This document shows positions 1 to 10,329 of a stretch of 64,000 nt of DNA, piece by piece. Within the stretch, counting starts at the first letter, position 1. The number at the start of each line of letters is the position of its first letter. Position numbers and translations under genes: made by a program. Source of the stretch: a virus; the UHGV virus genome UHGV-0286546; one strand, 5' to 3'. The notes beneath the pieces are model-generated. The model had not been told where the DNA came from. It did not search any database and saw only the letters and a program-made list of their open reading frames with translations.

Positions 1-651
1 AAAAACGATTATATTTGGAAAATCAGACCAGGTAAAATTGCACCTTGGACTGGAACAGTATCTTATAAAAACTATGTTGGACCGAGTGAAAATATAATTA
101 AAGGTAATTCAAATATAGGCGAAGAGGTAGAGAAACATCCGGCTAAATATTTCTTTGAGGGTTTTACATTCAATAAAGTTATCGGTGTAAATTTAGATCA
201 AACAAAATTGGCTATTCTCAATTCGTCTCTGGAATCTGATGCAAATATTATTGTTTATGGATTTAAAGATGGAACCTTATCTCAATGCGAAAATTTGAGA
301 GCCAAATGGATTGGAGGCAAAATAAATGATTTGGTATTTTGTATTATTCATGATGATGTTACAATTACAAGAGCAAAAGTATTTGGTTGGACAGAAAGTG
401 AAATTGTTAAAACCAAATTACAGTCCGAATTAGTTAATTTAAAGTTAAAGGATTTCTATAATAAAGCTAATAAATTTAAAGAAATAATTGATAAAGAATA
501 TATCTCAAATACAATGGAAAAGTATAATTACCTCTCCGTTAAAATTAGAGGTTGGGATTATGTATTGTTTATATTCTTTTTCTTGGCTTTTGCGACTGTC
601 GGTTGGATTTTAATGTATATTAATGATATATGGGATGATAGAAGATTCTAG
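1..651 (+). CDS. Hypothetical protein, 5'-truncated at the window edge, with a C-terminal transmembrane helix
   Basis: The frame of ORF 208..651 stays open back to position 1 without stops, and the predicted start is a TTG. The C-terminus 'YVLFIFFFLAFATVGWILMYI' is hydrophobic. No recognisable family. Confidence 0.4.
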   Translation, partial: KNDYIWKIRPGKIAPWTGTVSYKNYVGPSENIIKGNSNIGEEVEKHPAKYFFEGFTFNKVIGVNLDQTKLAILNSSLESDANIIVYGFKDGTLSQCENLRAKWIGGKINDLVFCIIHDDVTITRAKVFGWTESEIVKTKLQSELVNLKLKDFYNKANKFKEIIDKEYISNTMEKYNYLSVKIRGWDYVLFIFFFLAFATVGWILMYINDIWDDRRF

Positions 652-724
652 TAAGTTATCTGTTTTACATATATAGCTAATTGTGTCATAATATATAATA
701 TAAGGTTATGATGGAGAGTTTGTT

Positions 725-1408
725 ATGACTAATGTATTTAAATATGGCATTTTAATTCTGTTATCAGTATTTTCATTTGATGTATTGGCAGAAGAACCGA
801 CACCTAAAAAGAAAGATACCTTTTTGTTGCTGCAATGTGAAAATCATCACAAGCGAGTACACAATAGGTTAAGAAATATTAATAATGATTTAGTAGGTGC
901 TGATTATTGGACAATTACTAATAACGATGGATTCTATTATGTTCCTTTCGGTGTTAATTGGGAAGATGTAGAAGAAGCTTGTTATGCTTATCCTGTATAT
1001 ATTGAAATCGCTACATATAATCGATCGGTTTCTTATGCTGATGCCAGAGAATGTAAAGAAGGTATATATGGAAGAGGTAAAAAATATAAACGAGATAGCC
1101 ACGGTGGTTTTTTTGAAGGTGTGTTTACAAATAGCTTTATTCCAGCAACTGAAACTTGTAATATTCAGGTAAAATATCGGTATGTTGATGGAACAGCTCT
1201 AAAGTTGCAAGCTACCGAAAAAAGAACTTGTGCATTAGCGAAATTGCATTTTTATAACCTTATTACAGATTCAGGTTATGGAAAAGAAGGTTGGCATAGG
1301 AATTGGCAAGACTTGAAATGTAAAGAAATTACTATAGAAACCTTTGAATTAAAAACTGGAATTTCTGTAAGAGAATTAAGACAAACTGTTGCAAAGGAAA
1401 TATTATAA
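725..1408 (+). CDS. Hypothetical secreted or periplasmic Cys-containing protein
   Basis: N-terminal signal-peptide-like segment 'GILILLSVFSFDVLA' followed by a hydrophilic Cys-containing body. No family recognised. Confidence 0.4.
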   Translation: MTNVFKYGILILLSVFSFDVLAEEPTPKKKDTFLLLQCENHHKRVHNRLRNINNDLVGADYWTITNNDGFYYVPFGVNWEDVEEACYAYPVYIEIATYNRSVSYADARECKEGIYGRGKKYKRDSHGGFFEGVFTNSFIPATETCNIQVKYRYVDGTALKLQATEKRTCALAKLHFYNLITDSGYGKEGWHRNWQDLKCKEITIETFELKTGISVRELRQTVAKEIL

Positions 1409-1971
1409 TGGTAGATATGCCAGAATATTTATATCTTAGACCGAATTGTCATATTGAAAAGGGTCCAGGTAATCTTAAAGTAATTCCAGCTATACTTAAA
1501 ATTAATAAAGAAATTGAAAGTGTAGAAGAATTTGAAGACATTTGTACATATTATCGTATACAAGGTGCAAATTTATATCTGCACGATTACAATCTTAGAA
1601 TCGATAATATTATGAGGGATTTATCTAAAACGAAAATGGCTCTCATTACAAATTATTCTAGTCCTAACAACTTTGCATTTAGTAGAAAAACTTTTATTAA
1701 AAATCAACACGACAGAGTTTATTTGTATGAAGTTGTTGGAATTGGAATGGATAACCCGAATTTAGAAAAAATAAATAAAAAGAGAAAGGAAAGAAGTGAT
1801 AATTTAAAAGAAATAATTAAAGCATCTAAATATTTAAAACAAGTCACAAATGACACTATAACATTAGATGAAAACAAATTATATGAACTTATAGTAGAAG
1901 AACAAAAAGACAATAAAATAATATCAGATATTTTAAAGAAAAGATATAAGATAATATTTAATATTAGATGA
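1408..1971 (+). CDS. Hypothetical protein
   Basis: Intact 187-aa ORF whose start overlaps the upstream stop (ATAATGG), suggesting translational coupling. No motif recognised. Confidence 0.35.
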   Translation: MVDMPEYLYLRPNCHIEKGPGNLKVIPAILKINKEIESVEEFEDICTYYRIQGANLYLHDYNLRIDNIMRDLSKTKMALITNYSSPNNFAFSRKTFIKNQHDRVYLYEVVGIGMDNPNLEKINKKRKERSDNLKEIIKASKYLKQVTNDTITLDENKLYELIVEEQKDNKIISDILKKRYKIIFNIR

Positions 1972-1978
1972 GAATAAA

Positions 1979-2197
1979 ATGAAGAAGAATATTGAATATA
2001 ACGAAGACGGTGCTGCTCCTTGTAAACATTGTAAACGTAATAAAATTAAAAGCTATCCATATATAAGTCAAGTAGACGATTTATATTATGCAAAATGTCC
2101 GCATTGTAATCATTTCGATCCTTATGAATTTTTAGGAATATCCAAGAAACGCGCAATCGAACATTGGAATGAAACTATGGAAGCAGGGGTAAAATAA
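1979..2197 (+). CDS. Small zinc-ribbon protein
   Basis: Two CxxC pairs (CKHCKRN ... CPHCNH) in 72 aa. Confidence 0.4.
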   Translation: MKKNIEYNEDGAAPCKHCKRNKIKSYPYISQVDDLYYAKCPHCNHFDPYEFLGISKKRAIEHWNETMEAGVK

Positions 2198-2228
2198 AAG
2201 GGGGATTGTTTATTTCCCCCTTCTTTTA
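2198..2228. terminator. Bidirectional rho-independent terminator between convergent genes
   Basis: Perfect 8-bp GC-rich stem AAGGGGGA/TCCCCCTT (2198-2205 / 2215-2222) with T-runs on both strands. Lies between the + ORF ending at 2197 and the - ORF ending at 2226. Confidence 0.6.
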
Positions 2229-2681
2229 TATATCAATAACTGCAACACTTGCTTCTTCTGCTAATTTTAATGATAACTCTAAATTGTCTTTCCAAAATTG
2301 TGATACAGCATTAAGATCACTTGAATTTCTATAGTAAACTAGTTTTATGCCAGATTGAATAATAAGTGACATACAATGCACGCACGGAGGATAACCATAA
2401 ACGAAAATAGAACAATCTGTCAAATCTTGTTTTGCATGTAATATCGCATTTTCTTCAGCGTGTAACATTAGCATACGTTTCATTTCTTTATCTTGTAAAC
2501 GCTCTTCCGAATCAACAATACCTTTTGCAAAACCATTAAAGCCGGTACTTATAATTCTTTTGTTTTTATCTACGATTACAGCGCCAATTTTACGACTTGG
2601 ATCTTTAGACATAGTAGAAACAGTCTTAGCAATAGTCATAAAGTGCTCAAGCCACTGTAATTCTCTTTTATATTTTTCCAT
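2226..2681 (-). CDS. dCMP (deoxycytidylate) deaminase
   Basis: Zinc-dependent cytidine/dCMP deaminase motifs 'HAEENAI' and 'PCVHC'. At 151 aa the size is typical of T4 cd / ComEB-like enzymes. Confidence 0.8.
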   Translation of the reverse strand: MEKYKRELQWLEHFMTIAKTVSTMSKDPSRKIGAVIVDKNKRIISTGFNGFAKGIVDSEERLQDKEMKRMLMLHAEENAILHAKQDLTDCSIFVYGYPPCVHCMSLIIQSGIKLVYYRNSSDLNAVSQFWKDNLELSLKLAEEASVAVIDI

Positions 2682-2759
2682 AGTTACCTCTTATTTTTGT
2701 TTTACATCATTTATTTTATATGACATACTTTACATAAAGTAAAGCAAAAAGGTAATCAA

Positions 2760-3056
2760 ATGGTTAAATGGTATATAAATACAGTTTATGACGGTCAGGA
2801 AAAAATAAGCGAATGTGGTTATTTTTTATGTAATTCGTTTCATAATTCAATTAAAAAGACTAATGGTATTTATTTTTCCTTTGCTGATTTGGATTACTGT
2901 GTTATTAAAGATTCACTTATAGCCGGAAGCTTAGGTAAAACTAAAGACATTTTACGGGTATTGAAATGGATTGTTGATAATAAATTTGATTGCTCACAAA
3001 AAGTAATAGATAAGTTTCTTAAGAAGACTTTAGATTATACGGAGAAACATCAATGA
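2760..3056 (+). CDS. Hypothetical protein
   Basis: ORF only. Overlaps the ligase start (ATGA). Confidence 0.3.
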   Translation: MVKWYINTVYDGQEKISECGYFLCNSFHNSIKKTNGIYFSFADLDYCVIKDSLIAGSLGKTKDILRVLKWIVDNKFDCSQKVIDKFLKKTLDYTEKHQ

Positions 3057-5002
3057 ATGAAAACATTAAAAAAATTTTAGAAAAATGTAATGAACAATAT
3101 TCTAATGGTCTTCTTTATAAGTTAACTAAAGAAGATGTTTTAGTCATTTCAGAAGATTTGTTGCTAGATTTAGAAGAAGATGAAGTAACAGATGAAATCT
3201 ATGATATTCTGTACTACACTGCTAAATCAAAATACCCAACAGATCTTTTCTTTACAAAACTGACATCTAATAATACGGGTTACGGTGAAGAGATTGTTCA
3301 CGAAATACCAATGGGAAGTATGGATGAGTTAAAAGCAGGCGATTGGGAAAAATGGAGTAAAGGTCATAAGAAGTTTGTACTTTCTGATAAATTAGATGGA
3401 TGCTCAATTATCCTTACCTATGAAAACGGTGAATTAAAAACCGCTGCAACAAGAGGTAGAGGTTTAAAAGGTAAAGATATTATGCGTCATGTAAAATTAA
3501 TTGGAAGTATTAAAAAAACAATTCCTTATAAAGATAAAGTTATTGTTCGTGGCGAATTACTTTTTAAAAAGTCTATGATCGATTGGTTAATAGGCGAAGT
3601 TAAAGAAACTACTGGCAAAGTTTATAAAAATGGTCGTAATATGATTGCCGGCTTATTAAATAGTAAAGAAGCTTCTTATGATCTTGCTAATGCGAATTTT
3701 ATTGCATATTGGACTTCTTTGCATTTTGGTAATTCTTTTAAATTTTTAAATGAACAAGGTTTCGAGGTTGCTTATAATCATGAAATCTATAGAAATTGGG
3801 AAGAAAAAGATTCAGAAGGTAAGGTTATTCAAAAAGAACTTACTGATGCTGATTTAATTTCTATGGTAAAGACTAGACTTGCAAATTCAAACTATGAATT
3901 AGACGGTATTATTCTTACTCAGTTAGATAATGTCGAAGAAGGTTTTGAAACCGGTACCATTAATCCAAAAGCAAGTCGTAAATTTAAGATCGGTATTTAT
4001 AATAATATTGCAGAATCTGTAGTTACAAATATTAAATGGCAAGTCTCTAAATTTGGTATCTTTACTCCTGTAATTGAAATTGAACCAAAAGAAGTAAGTG
4101 GTTGTACTGTCACAAATATCACTGCTCATAACTATAAAAATCTTATAACTAAAAAATGTGGTGTTGGTTCAAAGATTAAATTCTGTAGAGCAGGTTTAGT
4201 TATTCCATATTTGATGCAAGTACTTACTCCTTCAGAAAATTACAATTTACCGAATGTTAAAACGAGAACGGAAGGTGTTGATCTTATTCTCGACGATTAT
4301 GATCTAAATGAATACTCTTGTGAAACATTTATTCAATCTATGGTTTATTTTGGTAGAAAATTGGATATTGATCAGATGGGGTATGGTAATTGCTCAACCC
4401 TATTTTGGGAATGTATGAAGGATAATTTAGTACTCGATGCATTTGAGTTTTTAGGACTTCCAGAAGGTTTAATTTCTGATATATTAGGGAAGAATGGTGA
4501 AAAGCTTGAAGCTAGCTTAAAAGCCAAAAAAACAACCTCTACGGAAGCTCAGGTTTGTGCTGCGTTGAGTGTATTTGGAAAAGGTATTGGAGAAGCTGTT
4601 TTAAATAAAGTTTATTCCAAATATAATACATTGTTTGTAACAGAAGAACAACTTAATGCTCTGGAAGATTTTGGCGATGTAAGAATAGCGCAGTATTTAA
4701 ATGGAATTGAATCCTGGAAAACCATTCGTGAATTATTAATTAAAATAGGCTGGGTATTCAAAGAACCAAAAAATAAAGATGTAAGTGGACCAGTTGTATG
4801 TTTTTCTGGAATTCGTGATAAACAATTTGCAGCTTACCTAGAAGAAAACGGCGGAACTACTACCGATAGCTGGAAAAGCAGTGTAACACATTTAGTAGTA
4901 AAGGATAAAAACGGTAATTCTAGTAAAATTAAAAAGGCATTAGAAAAAAATATACCAATTTTAACCCTGGACGAAGCAAAAACATTATTTGGAGAAAAAT
5001 AA
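3053..5002 (+). CDS. ligA: NAD-dependent DNA ligase (LigA family) with C-terminal BRCT domain
   Basis: Adenylation motif 'KLDGCSI' (KxDG), 'ATRGRG..GKDI' motif, and a C-terminal BRCT-like segment 'VVCFSGIRDKQFAAYLEENGG...HLVV'. At ~650 aa the size matches LigA. Confidence 0.75.
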   Translation: MNENIKKILEKCNEQYSNGLLYKLTKEDVLVISEDLLLDLEEDEVTDEIYDILYYTAKSKYPTDLFFTKLTSNNTGYGEEIVHEIPMGSMDELKAGDWEKWSKGHKKFVLSDKLDGCSIILTYENGELKTAATRGRGLKGKDIMRHVKLIGSIKKTIPYKDKVIVRGELLFKKSMIDWLIGEVKETTGKVYKNGRNMIAGLLNSKEASYDLANANFIAYWTSLHFGNSFKFLNEQGFEVAYNHEIYRNWEEKDSEGKVIQKELTDADLISMVKTRLANSNYELDGIILTQLDNVEEGFETGTINPKASRKFKIGIYNNIAESVVTNIKWQVSKFGIFTPVIEIEPKEVSGCTVTNITAHNYKNLITKKCGVGSKIKFCRAGLVIPYLMQVLTPSENYNLPNVKTRTEGVDLILDDYDLNEYSCETFIQSMVYFGRKLDIDQMGYGNCSTLFWECMKDNLVLDAFEFLGLPEGLISDILGKNGEKLEASLKAKKTTSTEAQVCAALSVFGKGIGEAVLNKVYSKYNTLFVTEEQLNALEDFGDVRIAQYLNGIESWKTIRELLIKIGWVFKEPKNKDVSGPVVCFSGIRDKQFAAYLEENGGTTTDSWKSSVTHLVVKDKNGNSSKIKKALEKNIPILTLDEAKTLFGEK

Positions 5003-5008
5003 ACGAAA

Positions 5009-5335
5009 ATGCAAAAACCTGATTTTTTATCTTTTCGACATAATGATGCTGTAACAATACAAGATCTTCCCATAACTACCAGCGAAGTTGTCTTAAACGA
5101 ATGGAGGGATATAACGCTTTCGAATCAAGTTGTTACTTTTGATGATTTGACATCAGGAGAAAAAGTATATAAAGCTTTATTTATACATCTTTGTCGAATT
5201 CATCCAGAAAAAGAAGAAGACTATAAGACGTTACTGAAAATTTATAATGAAGATTACAGATTAACAGCCATAACTATTGAAAATGAAAATATGAAACAAA
5301 CATTAAATAAATTGAAAGAGACATTCGATGAATAA
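5009..5335 (+). CDS. Small protein, member of a 3-copy paralogous family in this window
   Basis: The C-terminal motif 'LLKIYNEDYRLTAITIENE' is shared with ORF 5328..5612 ('LLRLYNGDYRRAVITIETK') and ORF 44214..44591 ('CRIHRYDYRLAVLTYETK'). Confidence 0.45.
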   Translation: MQKPDFLSFRHNDAVTIQDLPITTSEVVLNEWRDITLSNQVVTFDDLTSGEKVYKALFIHLCRIHPEKEEDYKTLLKIYNEDYRLTAITIENENMKQTLNKLKETFDE

Positions 5336-5612
5336 TCATTTTGGAACAATGCCATATAATCCAAATTTTGCTTGTGACACAACTCCTGGCGCTAACGAAT
5401 CTTATGAAATATCACCGTTAGACATACAAATCTGCTATAAAAAGTTATTTGATATTTATAAAGGAGCTTTTCCGAATCAGGAAGGTGAATTTATAACGTT
5501 ACTTCGTTTATATAATGGAGATTATAGACGTGCAGTAATTACTATTGAAACTAAGTTACTAGAAAAAGAAGCAACTGAGATGAACGAATTGTTTGGAGCC
5601 AAGTTACCATAA
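5328..5612 (+). CDS. Small protein, tandem paralog of 5009..5335
   Basis: Shared Y-x-DYR-x-AV-x-T-x-ET motif. Overlaps its paralog's stop. Confidence 0.45.
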   Translation: MNNHFGTMPYNPNFACDTTPGANESYEISPLDIQICYKKLFDIYKGAFPNQEGEFITLLRLYNGDYRRAVITIETKLLEKEATEMNELFGAKLP

Positions 5613-5711
5613 ATTTGCTTTACAAAACACTTTCCTTATGTTATTATAAAAGTATGATAAAAATAAATTTATCATATTTTAGAAAAGGAAATAAAATAAG
5701 GAATAAAAATC

Positions 5712-6413
5712 ATGGTTTGCAAAGCATTAGATCGTAAATTAATTCGTGTATCAAAAGAACGAACAAAAAAAGTAGGTGTACGTAGTATAAATGACATTAT
5801 TAACAATACACCTAATCTTACTTTCGCTGAAAAAATCGCATACATTCGTCATCATTATACCTATTATGAGGGAAATTATCCTATGTTCCATCATAAAAAC
5901 GGTAAACCAAACGAAGTCAAAGCAGAACTCAATAATTTAATTGTAGATGTATTAAATAAAAAAGTACAGCCGGATGTTTTATCTGCATTTAATAAACGTA
6001 TTTTAGAATGGCGCAAAGAAAATAACATAGCAAATGAAAATATTGTTGACTCTTATATGCCAGTTGTTAATAAGCCTACTCCCGCTTGGAAACTTTCTGT
6101 TGAAACAGTTGAATCTGCTAAACCGTATATTTGTATAATTGATAAATACTTAAAGTCTTCTTTTAATGATTTAACAGATAAAGAAGAAGAAACTATTTCA
6201 TACAAAGAAATTAAGAAAAAAGCATTAGATTGGGTATATAATCTTTCCGAAGAAGAATTAGATAATTTAATTGCTTCTAATCGTATTTTAACTGATATTA
6301 AAGATAAATTGTTAAAAGCTAGAAATTATGAATACTCTTTAATTAAAGAAAAAATGAGACAATATGCAAAAGATTTAGGTTATTTAAATTCAGATCGAGC
6401 CTGTGCTGAATAA
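5712..6413 (+). CDS. Hypothetical protein
   Basis: Intact 233-aa ORF. No motif recognised. Confidence 0.3.
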   Translation: MVCKALDRKLIRVSKERTKKVGVRSINDIINNTPNLTFAEKIAYIRHHYTYYEGNYPMFHHKNGKPNEVKAELNNLIVDVLNKKVQPDVLSAFNKRILEWRKENNIANENIVDSYMPVVNKPTPAWKLSVETVESAKPYICIIDKYLKSSFNDLTDKEEETISYKEIKKKALDWVYNLSEEELDNLIASNRILTDIKDKLLKARNYEYSLIKEKMRQYAKDLGYLNSDRACAE

Positions 6414-6477
6414 AATTGTTTTACATATTTAAAAAACAGGATATTTTAAAATAGCTTGAATCAATAAGGAATACGTT

Positions 6478-6960
6478 ATGCTTAATTTCTATAAAAACTC
6501 AATCACAGTACCGTTTGTGGGTGGATTAGCTAGTTACGAGAAATTTGAACATGTACACGTGTATATTTATTATGATTGGTTAACTACTTATAAAACATTA
6601 GGATTAGTTTATAATTCAATTAAAAATTTATTCCTTGATAAAGAAAATATTGAGGTACCGGATAGTATTGGTTATGAAATTAAATTTTTAGACAAAGGAG
6701 CTGAAAATACCAAATTCGATCCTATTTTTAAGATTACTCGTAAAGATGGTGATACTGTTGCTCGTCATCAAGAAATATTAGCGGCAGTGGTATTAATTGA
6801 ATCATTAAACGAAATAAATAAAAAAAATTTAAATTTCAAAAGTACACCAGATCTTGATTTGTTATTAGCAACAATTCGCTTACAATACGCTTCTCCTTAT
6901 GATATGGGAAAGATATTAGCAATATTTTTTGATTCGGAGTTTGAAAAATGTTTTTCGTAG
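6478..6960 (+). CDS. Hypothetical protein
   Basis: ORF only. Confidence 0.3.
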   Translation: MLNFYKNSITVPFVGGLASYEKFEHVHVYIYYDWLTTYKTLGLVYNSIKNLFLDKENIEVPDSIGYEIKFLDKGAENTKFDPIFKITRKDGDTVARHQEILAAVVLIESLNEINKKNLNFKSTPDLDLLLATIRLQYASPYDMGKILAIFFDSEFEKCFS

Positions 6961-7280
6961 CTGATTTTCAATATAATTCTATTTATAATAGAAGGTGTAA
7001 AACGAGAGTAAGATTTATTTCTTATAATATAACTGATTTTTCGATAAAGAATGCACAGTATAATTATTTATGTGATCAGGAATTTCTCGAGTATTTAGGG
7101 AAAATTAGTAATACGATTCAAAATGTGAATAAAGCCGAATCTATACATAGAAATTATACTTTTATAATCGAAAGTTTTCCAGAAGAAATACAAACGTTAC
7201 TTTCTATATCAAAAGATGTTGTAGGAACTTTTAAAACTTACTTAAATGATGAAAAATTGGATAAATTAGCAAAGGAATAA
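6948..7280 (+). CDS. Hypothetical protein
   Basis: ORF only. Overlaps the upstream gene end. Confidence 0.3.
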   Translation: MFFVADFQYNSIYNRRCKTRVRFISYNITDFSIKNAQYNYLCDQEFLEYLGKISNTIQNVNKAESIHRNYTFIIESFPEEIQTLLSISKDVVGTFKTYLNDEKLDKLAKE

Positions 7281-7283
7281 AAA

Positions 7284-7697
7284 ATGTTTGGTTTAGAAAA
7301 GTTATTTAAAAGAAAAACAGATCGTTTTGTTTATGAATTAGGAAATTTATTAGATAATCCTGATAAAACTTTAGTATGTTATAGTGACTTGTACAAAAAG
7401 TTAGGTCTTTTTTCAAAATTAGAAGAGTTAAAAGTTTCTAATAATGAATCCAAATACCACTATAAGAATGTAAGAGCTAATGAAAAAACAATTACAAAGA
7501 TTGGACTAGCTTTAAAAGATAATTTAATAAACACAAAAAACAAATGGTCCAGAATCTATAAAAAAACTAAGCTTGGTAGTATGGCAGCTTGGGATTCGTT
7601 AATGTTTGCTCCTTTCAGTGACGAAAAAATAAAAGATGATACTATTGTTATTTTAGCTCCAACAGATAAAGATTATACTAAGTTTTCAGAGGAATAA
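7284..7697 (+). CDS. Hypothetical protein
   Basis: ORF only. Confidence 0.3.
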   Translation: MFGLEKLFKRKTDRFVYELGNLLDNPDKTLVCYSDLYKKLGLFSKLEELKVSNNESKYHYKNVRANEKTITKIGLALKDNLINTKNKWSRIYKKTKLGSMAAWDSLMFAPFSDEKIKDDTIVILAPTDKDYTKFSEE

Positions 7698-7862
7698 TAA
7701 TTATGCAAGATAACAATGAAATTGAAAATAAAGAGCCTTCTTTAGCTGATATGCTCGGTATGAGTTTTAATGAAGACGGATCGATGGCAAGTATTTCAGA
7801 TATCGGCGAAAGTAAAATGTTTAGAAAGCTAAATCATAAAGAGCGTAGAATACGAGCTGCTA

Positions 7863-8321
7863 TTGAAAGACGCAGAAAGAAACATGAAAGGAAAATCGAT
7901 GGGTTATTACGAAATAGAAGTTAATGATAATGATTGTGTAAGAATCGATATCGAAGACGAATTCATAGAAGATATGAAAGACTTATTCATAGATGAAAAG
8001 GATAAAGAAACTTTCATTAATTTGATGAAAAAGTATAAAGGTAAAAAAGTATATGATGTAACAGCTCATATCGGCTCAGTTCAAGTTTGTGATAGTGATT
8101 TGAAAGATACCGTAATTGAATACTTAGAAGATAACGATGATTTATTAGAAAGTAGACAGCCTATTGTTAAAGCTGCTCCACTTAAAAAAACTACAATAGA
8201 AAAGTTAAATGATATTATATATAGATTTGATAATATTATTTATAAAGACAAAGCACAATTAGATAAAAAAGAACTACTAGAAATAAGAGAGTTTTTGAAG
8301 GACACACTGCTAGATGGTTAA
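7863..8321 (+). CDS. Hypothetical acidic protein
   Basis: ORF only. Acidic (D/E-rich). Confidence 0.3.
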   Translation: MKDAERNMKGKSMGYYEIEVNDNDCVRIDIEDEFIEDMKDLFIDEKDKETFINLMKKYKGKKVYDVTAHIGSVQVCDSDLKDTVIEYLEDNDDLLESRQPIVKAAPLKKTTIEKLNDIIYRFDNIIYKDKAQLDKKELLEIREFLKDTLLDG

Positions 8322-9309
8322 AATAAGGTTAATTAGTGATATACATTTTGATGCTGGATTAAACGGATTAGAAGAGCATTCGACTAAAGATTCAAATCAT
8401 AGTCCTTTTGGCTCATATTTTGCTAAAGAATTAAAAAAAGAAAAAGCTGACGTTACTATAATTGCCGGTGATTTATCTGCAACTCTTAATGGTCATGATC
8501 TTTTCTTAAATACATTTTTTAATAATCAGAATGTTATATTTATAGGTGGAAATCACGAAGTTTATCGAGAAACTGGTCAGACTATCTATGAAATAAAAGA
8601 AGAGATGCGTCAAGCTTTTCCAGAAACTCATTTATTTTGGCACTATTTAGAAAATAATTGGATGTGGTTACCTGGCGCTAATCGGTCTGTAGCTGTTATC
8701 GGTAGTACTTTCTATACTGATTATGAATATACTAATTTTACAGTAGATTCATATAACGATTACAAAAAAGCTTGGAATGATGCACTTAAATTGTGGGGTT
8801 TGGGTAATTATACATATAAACCTGTAAAAAGACTCACGAAGAAAATGATTATAGCAGAAAACAAATTACTTGCATCTGAGAACTTAAACGATTTTAGATG
8901 GGGATTAGAAACACATATTACAAATATTACTCCAGAAACGTATTTAAAGCTCAACAGACAAGCAAAAGACGAAGTTATAAGGTGTCATAAGGAGATTGTT
9001 GAATGTAATCCAGAGGCTAAAATAATACTCGTTACACATCATTGCTTATCACCACAGTGTATAGATACTTCTTATGTAAGAGATAAATCTAATGCAAGTT
9101 ATGTATCTAATCTTGAAAAATGGATTTGTAAAGAATTACCGAATGTTCGTTTAGTTAATTCAGGACATGTACATTGTAGAAAAGATTTTACATTCGGCAA
9201 AGATAAAAAGAGATATATTGTAAATGCTTGCGGATATATTAGACGGCGTGAACCTTGGTTAAATGATAAGTTCAAACCTAATCTAATAATTAACACAGAA
9301 GAATTGTAA
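8314..9309 (+). CDS. Calcineurin-like metallophosphoesterase
   Basis: Metallophosphatase signature blocks 'IAGDLS', 'GGNHE', 'VTHHC' and 'NSGHVH'. Confidence 0.65.
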   Translation: MVKIRLISDIHFDAGLNGLEEHSTKDSNHSPFGSYFAKELKKEKADVTIIAGDLSATLNGHDLFLNTFFNNQNVIFIGGNHEVYRETGQTIYEIKEEMRQAFPETHLFWHYLENNWMWLPGANRSVAVIGSTFYTDYEYTNFTVDSYNDYKKAWNDALKLWGLGNYTYKPVKRLTKKMIIAENKLLASENLNDFRWGLETHITNITPETYLKLNRQAKDEVIRCHKEIVECNPEAKIILVTHHCLSPQCIDTSYVRDKSNASYVSNLEKWICKELPNVRLVNSGHVHCRKDFTFGKDKKRYIVNACGYIRRREPWLNDKFKPNLIINTEEL

Positions 9310-9326
9310 AAATATTTTTTGTAGAC

Positions 9327-9376
9327 AATCTCCCATTTAGTATTCTATATTATATACTTTTTGGGAGATTTTTTAA
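9327..9376 (+). terminator. Rho-independent terminator
   Basis: 9-bp perfect stem AATCTCCCA/TGGGAGATT (9327-9335 / 9362-9370) followed by TTTTT. The loop is long and contains an inner AGTAT/ATACT pairing. Confidence 0.5.
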
Positions 9377-9563
9377 TGCAATTTAACTTTTATAAATGTA
9401 ATGGTACTTGGAATATGAAAACAATAAATGAAGCATGTGACACCGAAACCATTACTTGTTTTGATAATACAGTAACAAACGAACAAATTATTGACATCGC
9501 ACTGATATTGGGTAAAGGTGATAATGTCGAAATAAATGTAAACTTTACAGAAAGGAACTAACA

Positions 9564-10199
9564 ATGGATGAAGTTGAACAGTTCGACGCTATGATGAATG
9601 ATGAACTCAAAGGAGCAGTAAACGATGTACTTAAAGCATTAGAAAGTTACACTTCGGAAAAATTAAATAGCTTAAGTAATTTACCAATGGATCTTGTCGA
9701 AGGGTTTTTATATGCAAATTCGATTAGTGTTCCTGAATCATTAAAAAAGCAAATGACAACTCCATACTCAATCGCAAAATACTTGTTACTTAAAGAACAA
9801 GAACGTGAAATGATTGAAAAAGTTGAAACTGAGTTAGAAAACGCTATTGACGCAGAAAAAGTAAATTGGCTTATTTATAAAGATTTAACAAACCGCATTA
9901 GCTTTTCTAAAAAAATTCCTATCAACAGTGATGAAGTACCACAGAGTTTGTCTGTAAAATATAAATACGATTCAGATAACGATAAACTCATATATAGTAT
10001 TTCAGACGGTAGTTGGGGTTGGGAAATATCATTAGCTCAGTTAAAAAGTATTTTAGAAAATAAAACAATCAGTCCAATTTCTGAATCTATTTCTAAGCAC
10101 TCTAAAGCTCCAGCAGATGTTAAATTTTCAACCAGTATGACAGATAATGAAATAGTTATTAACAGCGGACAAATAAAAATTATTGTTCAAAAGTGTTGA
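9564..10199 (+). CDS. Hypothetical protein
   Basis: Intact 211-aa ORF. Confidence 0.3.
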   Translation: MDEVEQFDAMMNDELKGAVNDVLKALESYTSEKLNSLSNLPMDLVEGFLYANSISVPESLKKQMTTPYSIAKYLLLKEQEREMIEKVETELENAIDAEKVNWLIYKDLTNRISFSKKIPINSDEVPQSLSVKYKYDSDNDKLIYSISDGSWGWEISLAQLKSILENKTISPISESISKHSKAPADVKFSTSMTDNEIVINSGQIKIIVQKC

Positions 10200-10234
10200 T
10201 ATACAAGGCTTTGATTACTATTTGGAAATTTATA

Positions 10235-10268
10235 AGGCTCATTTGTTATAAATGGGCTTTATTTTTTG
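10235..10268 (+). terminator. Rho-independent terminator
   Basis: Stem GGCTCATTT/AAATGGGCT(T) with one G.T wobble, followed by TTTATTTTTT. Confidence 0.5.
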
Positions 10269-10329
10269 TATAAACAGATATAATTTATTTATTGTTTGAA
10301 ACACAATATTTTTATACGGAGGAAAACTG

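Noticed and set aside
9361-9564. Small overlapping ORFs 9361..9561 (+) and 9373..9564 (-)
   Set aside because: They overlap each other and the terminator hairpin at 9327-9376. At most one is real. The minus-strand one is probably a shadow ORF.
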